Part shown: positions 27,361 through 37,331 of the stretch, in pieces
Numbering within the stretch: the stretch's first letter is position 1
Layout: each line of letters begins with the position of its first letter
Assembly (NCBI GenBank): GCA_030629005.1
Contig: DAOVPV010000001.1
Span: forward strand, 130,429-194,428
Reading direction: 5' to 3'
DNA length: 64,000 nt
Source of the DNA: a bacterium
GTDB taxonomy: Bacteria > Babelota > Babeliae > Babelales > UASB340
The notes under the pieces: model-generated
What the model saw: only the letters and a program-made list of their open reading frames with translations
Database searches by the model: none
What the model was told of the DNA's origin: nothing
Translations under genes and position numbers: made by a program

Positions 27361-29793
27361 CTATCTTTGTCCTCTTTTTTTCCGAGGCAGTTTTTTACGA
27401 CACGTATCTAAAAGATCCTTTTGATAACCAAATACCTTATTCATTAATATCTCAAATCGTTGTACCATAGCATTTAAATGTGTTTTATATCTAGTTGTAA
27501 GCTCACTAAAATTATTCACTCTAACGTCACCAGTTTTTGTTATGGATTCACGACTTTCTGTTATAGGTTTCATACTTTCAACAGATCCTGGAGCCTCGTA
27601 ATGCTTTTTAATATTTTCAAGCATTTTGTTATAACTCAATTTTGTTGCTTCAAAAGATGCGACTATATTTTTGTAAGCTACAACATTTGCTGTAATATTT
27701 TCATCAAATTTAAACTTACTCCTCAAAGCCTTAATCGTTTCGTCCAAACTTTTAATTTCAGCACGTTTTTTAATAATATCTCTGTCTAATTCTTCTTCTA
27801 ATACTTTGCGTTCAGTTTCTGTAAATTCTTTTACTTCCATTAACTTCAGATTTTCAGCATTCAATGCTTTAATCTCTCTTTGTAAATCATCAACACTCAT
27901 ACTTAAACGATTTCTTTCTCGTCTCTTAAAGTCTCTACTTAAAAGTTCTTTTAAATTTCTATGAAGATGTCCCACTAAAACAGACTGAACTCCTTCTAAT
28001 TCTTCAAAACTCAAACTTAAATCTTTTTTTACAAAATCCTCTAATTTTTTACCATCACCCAGATCGTTCCAGTTTCTTAGTCTTAATACATCTTTTGCAA
28101 CAATTTCATCTGATACAGCAATTACAAACAACAACTGATTTGCTAATTTTAAAGTTTGTTGTTTTTCTTCGTCAGCTTTTTTAGCACGCTGATTTGCTAA
28201 ACGAGTTGATTCTTTTTGACTTTTTCTTAAATCACCCAATTCTGTTTGAGCGTTCCCTAAATCTGCTTCAAGTTTTGCAACTCTTTCATCTGCAGTTCTT
28301 TTTTGCTCACCAAAAGTTTGCTTTTCACGTTCAAGTGCACTATTTTTTTTCTTAAGCCCTACATTTGCTTTACTTAAAATATCATTTGCAACATGTGCTG
28401 TTCCATATAAATTTTTTAATTCTTCCAGATCAGCAGCAAGTTTTATATTTGCGCTATCAGCAACTCTTAACCTTCCAAGTTCAGCATTTAATGTTTTTCT
28501 TTCCCCTTCAAGACGAGCCGTTTTTTCAGTTTCTGCTCGAACACCTTTCGTTAATCTATTGATTTGATCCTCTAAATCAGACTTACAGTCTCTAAGTGTT
28601 GCAATTCTTGCTTCAAAATTTTTCTTTTGCTTAACAAGAGCGTTTGTCCTTGCTCGTTTTAATTCCTCAATCATAAGTAACGAATCATTTATTTCTGCTG
28701 CTTGATCTTTATTTATATCTTTGAGTTCAGCTATTTTTTCTAATCGAACATTTAACGTCTTAATTTGCCCTAACAATTGTCCATTTCGTTTTCTAAGTCC
28801 TTCAATTTCTTTTAATCGTTCGGTTAAAGTAGCAACTTGAACAGTTAATTCACCTTTATTTCTTAAAGCTTTTTCTTGTTCACCTAATTCTTTCTGTAAA
28901 CGTTCAATTTCTGCCCGTACATCTAACTTTCCTTCAGCTTGCTCACGTAATAAACGAGCATTGTTCTCTTTCTCATCACTTAATTCTTTTTGAACATTTT
29001 CCAAAATATTTTCTTTAACTCGCAATCCTGCAACTTCTCCTTCAACGCCTCTTTTTTCTTCTCTTAGCGTTTTTAGTTGTTCAGTAAGAGTTCTATTCGC
29101 TCCATGTTGAGCTTTAAGTCCTAGTTGAAGGCCCTTTGCCATATCATCAGAGGCTTTCTTTTTCCCTTCAAGTTCTATTTTTTCTCTTTCAAGTTCTTCA
29201 ACTCTTGCAGATTTTTCTTTTTCTTCACGAAGTTCGCCTTGCAATCTTGCATTTGCAGTTTGAACGCCCTTTAACCTTTCATTTTCAGTTCTTAATCTAG
29301 CTAACTCTTTAAGTTGAACTTTTAAACGGGCATTTTCTGTTTGTAAATTTACTAAATCACGAAGCTCACCTTGCAATCGTTCTCTTTCTACATTAGCTTG
29401 TCTTAATTCATCTTGAACTCGCCCTAATTCTTCTGGCTGAACACCGGCAGGGGCAACGACTCGTCTCTCAAGAGCTGCTTTTTCATTTTCAATGGTAGTT
29501 TTTTCTGCTTCTAAAGTCCGCACACGTGCTTCAAGTTCTCGAACTGCTGTTTGATCAACAGTAGCTTCTCTCAAATCTTTGACTTCTTTTTCAAGATCGC
29601 AAATCTTACTTTGACCACCCCTAATAAACTCTGCAACAGCATCCCAATCTTGGTTAAACCTTTTATAAAGATTAAGATTAATTAAATTAGTAACACTTCT
29701 TTTTGTTTCTGCATTTGATTCTGCATAAGAAGAATTAGAAACACAAAAGAATAACAATAAAATTTGTAGAACTTTTTTTGATTTTAAATTCAT
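27361..29793 (-). CDS. Secreted 810-aa coiled-coil protein (Arg/Glu/Leu/Ala-rich)
   Basis: Signal peptide, then about 500 aa of heptad-like sequence (ENARLKVQLKELARLRTENERLKG..ARLQGELR). Composition differs from the Lys/Asn/Ile-rich neighbours. Confidence 0.6.
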   Translation of the reverse strand: MNLKSKKVLQILLLFFCVSNSSYAESNAETKRSVTNLINLNLYKRFNQDWDAVAEFIRGGQSKICDLEKEVKDLREATVDQTAVRELEARVRTLEAEKTTIENEKAALERRVVAPAGVQPEELGRVQDELRQANVERERLQGELRDLVNLQTENARLKVQLKELARLRTENERLKGVQTANARLQGELREEKEKSARVEELEREKIELEGKKKASDDMAKGLQLGLKAQHGANRTLTEQLKTLREEKRGVEGEVAGLRVKENILENVQKELSDEKENNARLLREQAEGKLDVRAEIERLQKELGEQEKALRNKGELTVQVATLTERLKEIEGLRKRNGQLLGQIKTLNVRLEKIAELKDINKDQAAEINDSLLMIEELKRARTNALVKQKKNFEARIATLRDCKSDLEDQINRLTKGVRAETEKTARLEGERKTLNAELGRLRVADSANIKLAADLEELKNLYGTAHVANDILSKANVGLKKKNSALEREKQTFGEQKRTADERVAKLEADLGNAQTELGDLRKSQKESTRLANQRAKKADEEKQQTLKLANQLLFVIAVSDEIVAKDVLRLRNWNDLGDGKKLEDFVKKDLSLSFEELEGVQSVLVGHLHRNLKELLSRDFKRRERNRLSMSVDDLQREIKALNAENLKLMEVKEFTETERKVLEEELDRDIIKKRAEIKSLDETIKALRSKFKFDENITANVVAYKNIVASFEATKLSYNKMLENIKKHYEAPGSVESMKPITESRESITKTGDVRVNNFSELTTRYKTHLNAMVQRFEILMNKVFGYQKDLLDTCRKKLPRKKRGQR

Positions 29794-29811
29794 ACTTTCT
29801 CCAATTTTTTA

Positions 29812-31302
29812 TTAAACAGCTAAGCCAAACTGTAACATAATGCCAAAATTAGAAAGTGCACTATTTTTACCAGCAAATTCATAATCTAAAGAAGCATTCA
29901 GCCAATATCTATTACCAACGATAGTTCCATCATAACCAACATTTAAATACAACTTATTAGAATAAGCTTCTGGTAATCTGCCAGATTCTAAATCTAAATC
30001 ATTAATAGTAATTGCACTAAAAGCATCATTAGGATCTAAAGATGCATGATCTTTTATCGTTGCACTTACAAAGTATCCATGAATATCAAAACTACCATCA
30101 CCCCCAGCAACCTCCAGGCCAACAATTGCATAACGCTCATCAAAACTATCATCTATTCTTAATTTTTCACTATCTCTCCACCAAAAATTATGACCAACTT
30201 TAAATTTTAAATTTTTATATGCATAGCAAAAATCTACAAAACTATTAAATGTTGATCTAGGCGTGACCTTAGAATTTAAAGTAGTAATATTAGCTAAATT
30301 AGTAACTTGAAAGTTAACACCGGCATTATTTGTTTGAATATCCAAATATCTACTAAATGGACCATTATTTTTTAAATCAAAAACCCTTTTATTATTATTT
30401 TCAAAAAGATATTCATACTCCATTCCCGCAAAAACATTTAATTTTTTACTTTTATTTTTATTTTCCCAAGCCAACAAATCAAAATTTACACCACCACCCA
30501 AACCAAAGTGTTTGCCATTACCAATAATTGGTTCAAATAAATATTCACAATTTGGTCTAAAGCCTGTTGGAATTTCTCCAAACAAATAAATACCAATATT
30601 AAGAGAACCAGTTGTTTTTATATTCACATCTGCAGCAACTCGTATATCAGCAAGTCCAGCTAACTTTTGTATCCCATTTTTCATTTTTGCATTAAATAAT
30701 AATGGATGATCAAACGCCTCCGTAGCATTTGCAGAAACGGTATGATTCTGCGTATCTAACGGCATTTTATCCAAAACCGTACCAATAGGAGAGATATCAT
30801 ATTCTTTAAATTTTAAATTTGTTTCCACATAAGTTAAAGGCATAGTAAGAGATAACATTATACGCTTGTTGAGATAATTTAAATTTTTTAAAAATTGTAA
30901 ATTATAACCTAACGTTTTCTGTTTTGGACGTATCTGAATTTTAGAACTAAATTCTTTTATTAACTCTTCATTTACATCCGTAATGGTTAACCATGTAGAA
31001 GATATATCTGGAATGCCCGCAACATCTTGGCCCTGAACAGTAAGATCAGCCTTGTTATTTATAAAAAAATACTTGGCTAAATCATGAGAATTATTTGATT
31101 GCTTATAAAATGGCGTTGCCAAAATTTTAATACCACCATCATCAAATTCTTTTATAAAACTATGAGAAGCGACTTTTTGCATTACTATATCTTGTAAAAC
31201 TGGTCGAGGCATAAAGAATGTACGCCCTGTATAAGAATATATATTTTTAATTGATAACAATAAAAATAAGAATAGAAAAAATTTTACATCAAATCTCTTC
31301 AT
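29812..31302 (-). CDS. Putative outer-membrane beta-barrel protein
   Basis: Signal peptide, alternating hydrophobic strands and G/N/Y-rich turns. No family recognised with confidence. Confidence 0.4.
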   Translation of the reverse strand: MKRFDVKFFLFLFLLLSIKNIYSYTGRTFFMPRPVLQDIVMQKVASHSFIKEFDDGGIKILATPFYKQSNNSHDLAKYFFINNKADLTVQGQDVAGIPDISSTWLTITDVNEELIKEFSSKIQIRPKQKTLGYNLQFLKNLNYLNKRIMLSLTMPLTYVETNLKFKEYDISPIGTVLDKMPLDTQNHTVSANATEAFDHPLLFNAKMKNGIQKLAGLADIRVAADVNIKTTGSLNIGIYLFGEIPTGFRPNCEYLFEPIIGNGKHFGLGGGVNFDLLAWENKNKSKKLNVFAGMEYEYLFENNNKRVFDLKNNGPFSRYLDIQTNNAGVNFQVTNLANITTLNSKVTPRSTFNSFVDFCYAYKNLKFKVGHNFWWRDSEKLRIDDSFDERYAIVGLEVAGGDGSFDIHGYFVSATIKDHASLDPNDAFSAITINDLDLESGRLPEAYSNKLYLNVGYDGTIVGNRYWLNASLDYEFAGKNSALSNFGIMLQFGLAV

Positions 31303-31329
31303 CTAACGACTCCCTTTTATCCTAAAAAT

Positions 31330-31623
31330 TCATCGTATCCTTTTCAAAACCTTATTATATATCTCTTTACGATGAGCAACTGCAATAACTAAAATTATTA
31401 ATTCATTCTTTTTTACAGCATAAACAATTCTGTAATTTCCAGATCTTAATCTATACAAATCATTCTTAAATTTTAATTTTTTTATATTTAAATTGGCTTT
31501 TAACTCCGCAAGCTCCTTGATTTTTTTTAAAATATATAAGTTATCTGATTTATTTATTTTTTTTAAATCTTTTCTTGCTTCACCGAGAAAAATAATCTCA
31601 TATTTACATGATTTATTAATCAT
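31330..31623 (-). CDS. RelE/ParE-family type II toxin
   Basis: LYRLRSGNYRIVYAVKKNELIILVIAVAHRKEIY is the classic RelE/StbE C-terminal block. Overlaps the upstream antitoxin by 8 nt. Confidence 0.8.
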   Translation of the reverse strand: MINKSCKYEIIFLGEARKDLKKINKSDNLYILKKIKELAELKANLNIKKLKFKNDLYRLRSGNYRIVYAVKKNELIILVIAVAHRKEIYNKVLKRIR

Positions 31624-31807
31624 CAGTTAAAATTTCTTTTTCTATTTCTTCTAGGGAATAAGTTTTTTCATCTGCTTTTAAACGCTCTTCCGCTTTTGCA
31701 ATATCACTTAAATCTTCCAACTCTTCAAGCAAAGCGTTGTATTCTTTAATATCTAAAAATACACCTACCTTTTTGCCCTGCTCATTTATTACAAATTTAG
31801 GATTCAT
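31616..31807 (-). CDS. Phd/YefM-like type II antitoxin
   Basis: 63 aa, with an acidic helical C-terminus (LEELEDLSDIAKAEERL). Position and overlap with the toxin are as expected. Confidence 0.7.
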   Translation of the reverse strand: MNPKFVINEQGKKVGVFLDIKEYNALLEELEDLSDIAKAEERLKADEKTYSLEEIEKEILTDD

Positions 31808-31873
31808 AATTTTACCTTACGTACTTCTCTTTTTACACAAAAAATACCAATCTAAACCGGCGAATAAATTGTG

Positions 31874-33787
31874 TTACTTTAAAATAGTTACTGTACTACT
31901 ATTTTTTAATTTTTTTGTAGGCTCACCAGTATTCCAATTTATGGCAACCTCATGCAACGCTGGATTAATATAAAAAAACTTCTTATTAAAATGCAAGTTA
32001 ATGTTAAATGTAAGCCATATAGGCAACACTGTTCCGCTTGCAAATATATTCTTACCAATAGGCTTATTATCATCTCGCCCAATGTAAACGCAGGTTGTAA
32101 GCTCAGGAGTCGAACCCACAAACCATGTAGAAGTTGCTTTATTTGTAGAGCCAGTTTTCCCAATAGATTGAGCATCTATCCATTTATTATAACCAAGCAT
32201 ATTTTTTGCTCTTTTTAATCTATAAGAAAGGGCATTTACCATCTTTGAATTTGTAGTAGAATCTAAGACCTTTATTTTTTTATTTTTAAATTCCCAGATC
32301 TTTTTATTATTTTGATCTTTTACATGTTCTATAAAATATGAATTTACGTAAATCCCATCATTAGAAAAAACATTAAACGAAGTTGCTAGCTCTTTTACGG
32401 TCATTTCTGCTGTACCCAAGGCCAAAGATGGATATGGCATTAAATCTGCTGTTATTTGAAAACGCCTTACCCACTTTATAACATGATCATAACCAAGATT
32501 TAATAATAACTTTACTGCAACAATATTGTTAGAAGTTGCCAAAGCTTTTAATAAAGTCATCTCACCTGAAAATATACTATTCCAATTTTTTGGAGTCCAA
32601 GCTTGCCCGCCAACTTCCATCTCTAAAGGTTCATCTACAAAAAGATCATCCATATCAAGACCACCCTTTATTGCACTTGCATATAGAAAAGGTTTAAAAG
32701 CTGAACCTATTTGTCGCCTTGCCTGCAATACTCTATTATATTGAGATTCGTTAAAATCAAACCCACCAATTAAAACTTTTATTTTTCCAGTATTAGACTC
32801 TATCGCTATCATTCCACCATTTAATTTTTCATCTAAACTATCTCGAGTTTCTTCTAATTTTTTTCTAAAAATTTTAGCTGCCAATTCTTGCTTTTCCTTA
32901 TTGATAGTAGTTTTTATTTTTAAACCCTGCGTATATAAAGCATCTTTGCCCCAATGCTCTTCGGCCCATGTTCTTATATACTCTTGAACATAAAGTAATA
33001 TAGGATCACCAGAAACATAGTTCTGAATATAAAGTTCTTGATTAACAGCAAATTTAAAATCTTGTTTTGATATAAAATTAAGCTTTAACATATTATTGAG
33101 AACTAAATTTCGACGCTTCAAAGAACTCTGTGGCGAATTTAACGGCGAGAAAAATAAAGCCGATTTAGCCGTTGCGGCTAAAATTGCAGCCTCTTCCAAC
33201 GTTAAATCTTTTATACTTTTGCCCCAAAATCTTTGCGCTGCAGCCTCCACCCCATAAACACCTCTACCAAAATAAACATTGTTTAAATAAAGTTCTAAAA
33301 TTTGTTCTTTAGTAAACTTTCGTTCAATCTGAAACGACAAAAAGATATCTTTTATTTTTCTAAACCAAGTTCTTTCATGCGATAAAAATAAAAGCTTTGC
33401 GACTTGCTGTGTAATAGTACTTGCACCCTGAACAATTTTAAACCTACGTAAATTAATTATTAAAGAACGCAATATACCCCGCCAAGAAACACCTCCGTGA
33501 TAAAAAAATGACCAATCTTCCGCAGCAACAAAGGCATAAACTAATTTTTGAGGAAAATCTTTATATTTTACCAGCTCTCGTTTGTCTAATTTAAATCTAA
33601 ATAAAACATCGTTTTTATCATCAAGAACAACTGATGATTTAGACGGATCAGTAGAAAAAGCTTTAGATAAATCTACCCAATCATAGTTGAATAGATAAAA
33701 AAAAGCTCCTAAACAAAAACTGAAAAGTAATAAATTTATTACAAAAAAATACTTTATAAATTTATTCAAATAAAGCTCCAAAAACAT
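31874..33787 (-). CDS. mrcA: Penicillin-binding protein 1A (bifunctional glycosyltransferase/transpeptidase)
   Basis: GT51 motifs EDWSFFYHGG, GASTITQQVAK and RKIKD. TPase motifs SAFKPF (SxxK), SNN and KTGST. Confidence 0.88.
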   Translation of the reverse strand: MFLELYLNKFIKYFFVINLLLFSFCLGAFFYLFNYDWVDLSKAFSTDPSKSSVVLDDKNDVLFRFKLDKRELVKYKDFPQKLVYAFVAAEDWSFFYHGGVSWRGILRSLIINLRRFKIVQGASTITQQVAKLLFLSHERTWFRKIKDIFLSFQIERKFTKEQILELYLNNVYFGRGVYGVEAAAQRFWGKSIKDLTLEEAAILAATAKSALFFSPLNSPQSSLKRRNLVLNNMLKLNFISKQDFKFAVNQELYIQNYVSGDPILLYVQEYIRTWAEEHWGKDALYTQGLKIKTTINKEKQELAAKIFRKKLEETRDSLDEKLNGGMIAIESNTGKIKVLIGGFDFNESQYNRVLQARRQIGSAFKPFLYASAIKGGLDMDDLFVDEPLEMEVGGQAWTPKNWNSIFSGEMTLLKALATSNNIVAVKLLLNLGYDHVIKWVRRFQITADLMPYPSLALGTAEMTVKELATSFNVFSNDGIYVNSYFIEHVKDQNNKKIWEFKNKKIKVLDSTTNSKMVNALSYRLKRAKNMLGYNKWIDAQSIGKTGSTNKATSTWFVGSTPELTTCVYIGRDDNKPIGKNIFASGTVLPIWLTFNINLHFNKKFFYINPALHEVAINWNTGEPTKKLKNSSTVTILK

Positions 33788-33800
33788 CTTTTGTTAATAA

Positions 33801-33835
33801 GGACTTAGATCCCGCATCCAGTGCGGGATGACACT
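33801..33835. repeat. Short form of the GC-rich hairpin element GGACTTAGATCCCGCAT-CCAG-TGCGGGATGAC
   Basis: 8-bp stem ATCCCGCA/TGCGGGAT. The same termini bracket a longer insert at 63929..63992. Overlaps the last 10 codons (incl. stop) of bioY. Confidence 0.8.
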
Positions 33836-34398
33836 ATTTTTAACATCAAAGAAATAAATAATATTTTAACCAAATCAACAAAGAAAAATAAAAACATATT
33901 TAGATTTAGTTTAACAAAAAATGAAAGCCACGCCACTCCAAAAGTATGCAAAACAAATAATCCCATCAACAAAATAAAAAATCGAAAGAAACATTTAATG
34001 TTGCTAAATATAATATTTTTTTTATACAAATCTTTTAAAAATGAAATCAAAAGCGTAGAAAAAACAAAACCAATTAAATAGCCACCAGTGGGACCGAGTA
34101 AATGCAATAAGCCTGATTTTAATCCAAAAAAGACAGGAGCACCACAAACACCCTGCAAAATCCATAAAAGACTAGCAAAAAATGCAAGTCTACCAAACAA
34201 CATCGCAGTTAAAAAAATAACAAATGTTTGTAATGTTATTGGTATCCAATTAAAAGGCAACGGTATATAAACTTGCGAAGACAAAGCATATAACCAAGAT
34301 AAGGTAATAGTAAAAACAATTTTATTTTTATAAATTTTTGTTAAAAAAGGGATAAAGAATAAAATTGTTTTTTTTATAGTTTGATTCATAAATATCAC
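33805..34398 (-). CDS. bioY: Biotin transporter BioY
   Basis: Multi-TM protein with the GPTGGYLIGF signature. The C-terminal SSRTGCGI-stop is encoded by the GC-rich hairpin element. Confidence 0.8.
   Translation of the reverse strand: MIFMNQTIKKTILFFIPFLTKIYKNKIVFTITLSWLYALSSQVYIPLPFNWIPITLQTFVIFLTAMLFGRLAFFASLLWILQGVCGAPVFFGLKSGLLHLLGPTGGYLIGFVFSTLLISFLKDLYKKNIIFSNIKCFFRFFILLMGLFVLHTFGVAWLSFFVKLNLNMFLFFFVDLVKILFISLMLKIVSSRTGCGI
33982..34002 (+). repeat. 21-nt dispersed motif copy (TCGAAAGAAACATTTAATGTT, 21/21)
   Basis: Inside bioY, antisense to the gene (codes NIKCFFRF within a TM region). Confidence 0.9.
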
Positions 34399-34588
34399 AT
34401 AAATTTAGTTAAAAAGACAAACAACAAGGTATATTAACATCAACCATTTAATAAAACAAAAGCCAACCATAAATTACTTAGAACCAATTTATATCTTTTT
34501 TTTAAAATTGGTTTAATATTTACTATCCAATGAATACTTACAAAGTATAATACTAATTATTAAAAATATTATTTATAAAAGGAATCCA

Positions 34589-34714
34589 ATGTTAAAAATA
34601 AAAACACTCGTTTCTATTGTAGTGTTACTAACGTTTGCTGCAGGCTGCTGCAAAAAATGTAAAAAAACATGTGACACAAAAAAAAATGTAAAAGTTCAAC
34701 GAAAATTTAAGTAA
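34589..34714 (+). CDS. 41-aa Cys/Lys-rich small lipoprotein (not in the ORF track)
   Basis: My own translation: MLKIKTLVSIVVLLTFAAGCCKKCKKTCDTKKNVKVQRKFK. AAAAGGA lies upstream, a lipobox-like FAAGC is present, and a terminator hairpin follows. Confidence 0.45.
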   Translation: MLKIKTLVSIVVLLTFAAGCCKKCKKTCDTKKNVKVQRKFK

Positions 34715-34739
34715 AAAACAGATAAATTTTAATAAAAAA

Positions 34740-34760
34740 GGGCCAGAAAATTTCTGGCCC
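34740..34760. terminator. Bidirectional terminator hairpin (strongest for secA on the minus strand)
   Basis: GGGCCAGAAA-A-TTTCTGGCCC, a 10-bp stem. On the minus strand it is followed by TTTTTATT. Confidence 0.7.
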
Positions 34761-34767
34761 GATTTTA

Positions 34768-37311
34768 TTATCTACCACAACATTTTTTAAACTTTTTACC
34801 TGAACCACAAGGGCATGGATCATTCCGCCCAATTTTTGGTTCTGCGTGCCTTACAGTTCTTTGCCCTTTGCTACTTTCATCCCCACCTCCAACTTGAGCT
34901 GCTGCCAATTCTTTTTCTCGTTCTTTTTCTATTTCATGAACTCGAGCCGCATCAAAGTTTTCAGGGCGCATTCTAAATATCATTCTAACAATATCCCATT
35001 TAATTTCGTACATCATGTCTTTAAAAAGATCAAAAGCTTCTCTTTTGTACTCAATTAATGGATTTTTCTGGCCATAACCACGTAAACCAATACCTTCTTT
35101 TAAATGATCTATATTTTGTAAATGCATTTTCCATGCCTGATCTACAGACTCTAAAAGAATCCATTTTTCAGCCCCTTTTAACATTTCTTTATCTAATACA
35201 GATCTGTATTGTTCATACTGATATTTTAAAAACTCAACAACATTGTTTTCAAATGTTACAGAATCGTTGGTATTCAAATTTGCATCAATAAATGCTTGTT
35301 GTTTTAAGCCGGTTAGCTTTTGCAACGATTCATAAATATTAGTCTCCATTTCTAAATTACACCTAGCAGATGAACAATACATTGCAAAAATATTAGAACC
35401 AACATCTCGGATCATTTGATTTAAAAGTTGTATAATATGTTCTTCACCTTCTAATATTTCTCGCCTATACGAATAAACAACAGTTCTTTGTTGATTTAAA
35501 ACATCATCATATTCTAATAAATGTTTTCTTATTTCATAGTTATGCTTTTCAACTTTTTCTTGAGCTTTTTCTATACTACGAGAAACCATTTTATGTTCTA
35601 TACTTTCACCTGGCTGCATGCCCATTCGCATCATTGTGTTTTTTACTTTTTCACCACCAAAAATTCTTACTAGATCATCTTCTAAAGACAAGTAAAACTT
35701 TGTAGAACCAGGGTCACCCTGACGACCAGATCGACCTCGCAACTGATTATCAATACGCCTACTTTCGTGTCGCTCTGTACCAATAATTCTAAGTCCACCA
35801 GCCTCTCTTACACCGTCACCCAATTTAATATCAGTACCACGTCCTGCCATATTTGTAGCAATAGTAATTTTGCCCGGCTCACCCGCCTCTTTCACAATGT
35901 CAGCTTCTCGCTCATTCTGTTTTGCATTCAAAACATTATGAGGAATATTTTTTTGTTTCAACATATGACTTAGATACTCAGAAGTTTCCACCGCTATAGT
36001 ACCAACAAGGACAGGCTGCCCTTTTTCATGACTTTCTTTTATATCATCTATAACTGCATTAAATTTATCATCTGTAGATAAAAATATTATATCAGATTCA
36101 TCATTTCTTATCATTGGTCGGTGAGTTGGAATCACTGTAACCGGCAATTTATAAATATTGTGAAATTCCGTTGCCTCAGTTTCTGCGGTTCCAGTCATAC
36201 CTGAAAGTTTTTTATACATTCTAAAATAATTTTGTAACGTTATAGTTGCTAATGTCTGATTTTCTCGCTCTATCCGCACACCCTCTTTAGCCTCTAAAGC
36301 CTGGTGTAAACCGTCACTGTAACGACGACCCGCTAAAATTCTTCCGGTAAATTCATCAACAATTAACACTTCATTTTCTCTAACAACATAGTCAACATCT
36401 TTTTTGAATAAAACATTTGCCTTTAAAGCTTGTTGAGCATGGTGCAGTACAAGAATATTTTCGGGAGCATATAAATTATCTACGTTAAGATTTTTTTCCA
36501 TTTTATCAATTCCAAAATCTGTTAGATGAACAGATTTTTCTTTTTCATCTAATTCGTAATCTTCTACGTTTTTTAAAAATTGAACAGCTTTGTTTGCTTT
36601 AAGATATAAGTCACTACCTTTTTCACTTGGTCCAGAAATAATTAAAGGAGTTCTTGCTTCATCTATAAGAATAGAGTCAACTTCATCGACTATCGCATAA
36701 TTTAAATCTCGCTGAACATAGTCAGAAAGATTAAACTTCATATTATCCCGAAGATAATCAAACCCAAACTCATTATTTGTACCATAAGTTATATCAGCAC
36801 CGTACGCCTTTTTCCTAATGTCATCATCCATTGAATTTTGAATAACACCAACCTCCATTCCTAAGGCGTTATAAATCGGACTCATCCATTCTGCATCACG
36901 CTTTGCAAGATAATCGTTCACGGTAATAAGATGTGCTCCCTTACCTTCTAGCGCATTAAGATATAATGATAATGTAGAAGTAAGAGTTTTACCCTCACCT
37001 GTTCTCATTTCTGCAACCCTACCCTTGTGCAAAATTACACCACCAACCAACTGAACATCAAAATGACGTTCACCAAGTTTTCTTCTAGCGGTTTCTCTTA
37101 CAAGAGCAAAAGCTTCTGGCAAAATATTCTCTAAAGATTCTCCATTCTGGATTCGCTGCTTAAAGTCAAAAGTTTTTTGCATTAACTCTGGTTCCGTTAA
37201 TGGAGTAAATTGATCTTCCAATAAATTTATTTTTTGGATTAACGGACGCAACAATTTAAGCTCCCGCTCATTCTTTGTCCCAAATATTTTTGCTAATAAT
37301 GTTGTTATCAT
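34768..37311 (-). CDS. secA: Preprotein translocase ATPase SecA
   Basis: MRTGEGKT Walker A, the [19 protein letters not shown] motif, [10 protein letters not shown], and the C-terminal zinc motif [14 protein letters not shown]. Confidence 0.95.
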   Translation of the reverse strand: MITTLLAKIFGTKNERELKLLRPLIQKINLLEDQFTPLTEPELMQKTFDFKQRIQNGESLENILPEAFALVRETARRKLGERHFDVQLVGGVILHKGRVAEMRTGEGKTLTSTLSLYLNALEGKGAHLITVNDYLAKRDAEWMSPIYNALGMEVGVIQNSMDDDIRKKAYGADITYGTNNEFGFDYLRDNMKFNLSDYVQRDLNYAIVDEVDSILIDEARTPLIISGPSEKGSDLYLKANKAVQFLKNVEDYELDEKEKSVHLTDFGIDKMEKNLNVDNLYAPENILVLHHAQQALKANVLFKKDVDYVVRENEVLIVDEFTGRILAGRRYSDGLHQALEAKEGVRIERENQTLATITLQNYFRMYKKLSGMTGTAETEATEFHNIYKLPVTVIPTHRPMIRNDESDIIFLSTDDKFNAVIDDIKESHEKGQPVLVGTIAVETSEYLSHMLKQKNIPHNVLNAKQNEREADIVKEAGEPGKITIATNMAGRGTDIKLGDGVREAGGLRIIGTERHESRRIDNQLRGRSGRQGDPGSTKFYLSLEDDLVRIFGGEKVKNTMMRMGMQPGESIEHKMVSRSIEKAQEKVEKHNYEIRKHLLEYDDVLNQQRTVVYSYRREILEGEEHIIQLLNQMIRDVGSNIFAMYCSSARCNLEMETNIYESLQKLTGLKQQAFIDANLNTNDSVTFENNVVEFLKYQYEQYRSVLDKEMLKGAEKWILLESVDQAWKMHLQNIDHLKEGIGLRGYGQKNPLIEYKREAFDLFKDMMYEIKWDIVRMIFRMRPENFDAARVHEIEKEREKELAAAQVGGGDESSKGQRTVRHAEPKIGRNDPCPCGSGKKFKKCCGR

Positions 37312-37331
37312 TTTTTATTTCCTTAAATTTT

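Noticed and set aside
28491-28507. Partial matches to the motif core (e.g. GCATTTAATGTT at 28491, AACATTTAATT at 5736 and 45597, AATATTTAATGTT in atpD at 39101)
   Set aside because: Only 10-12 nt of AT-rich core match, without the TCGRAAGA flank. That is expected by chance in an AT-rich genome, and the atpD case encodes the conserved peptide RIFNVIG.
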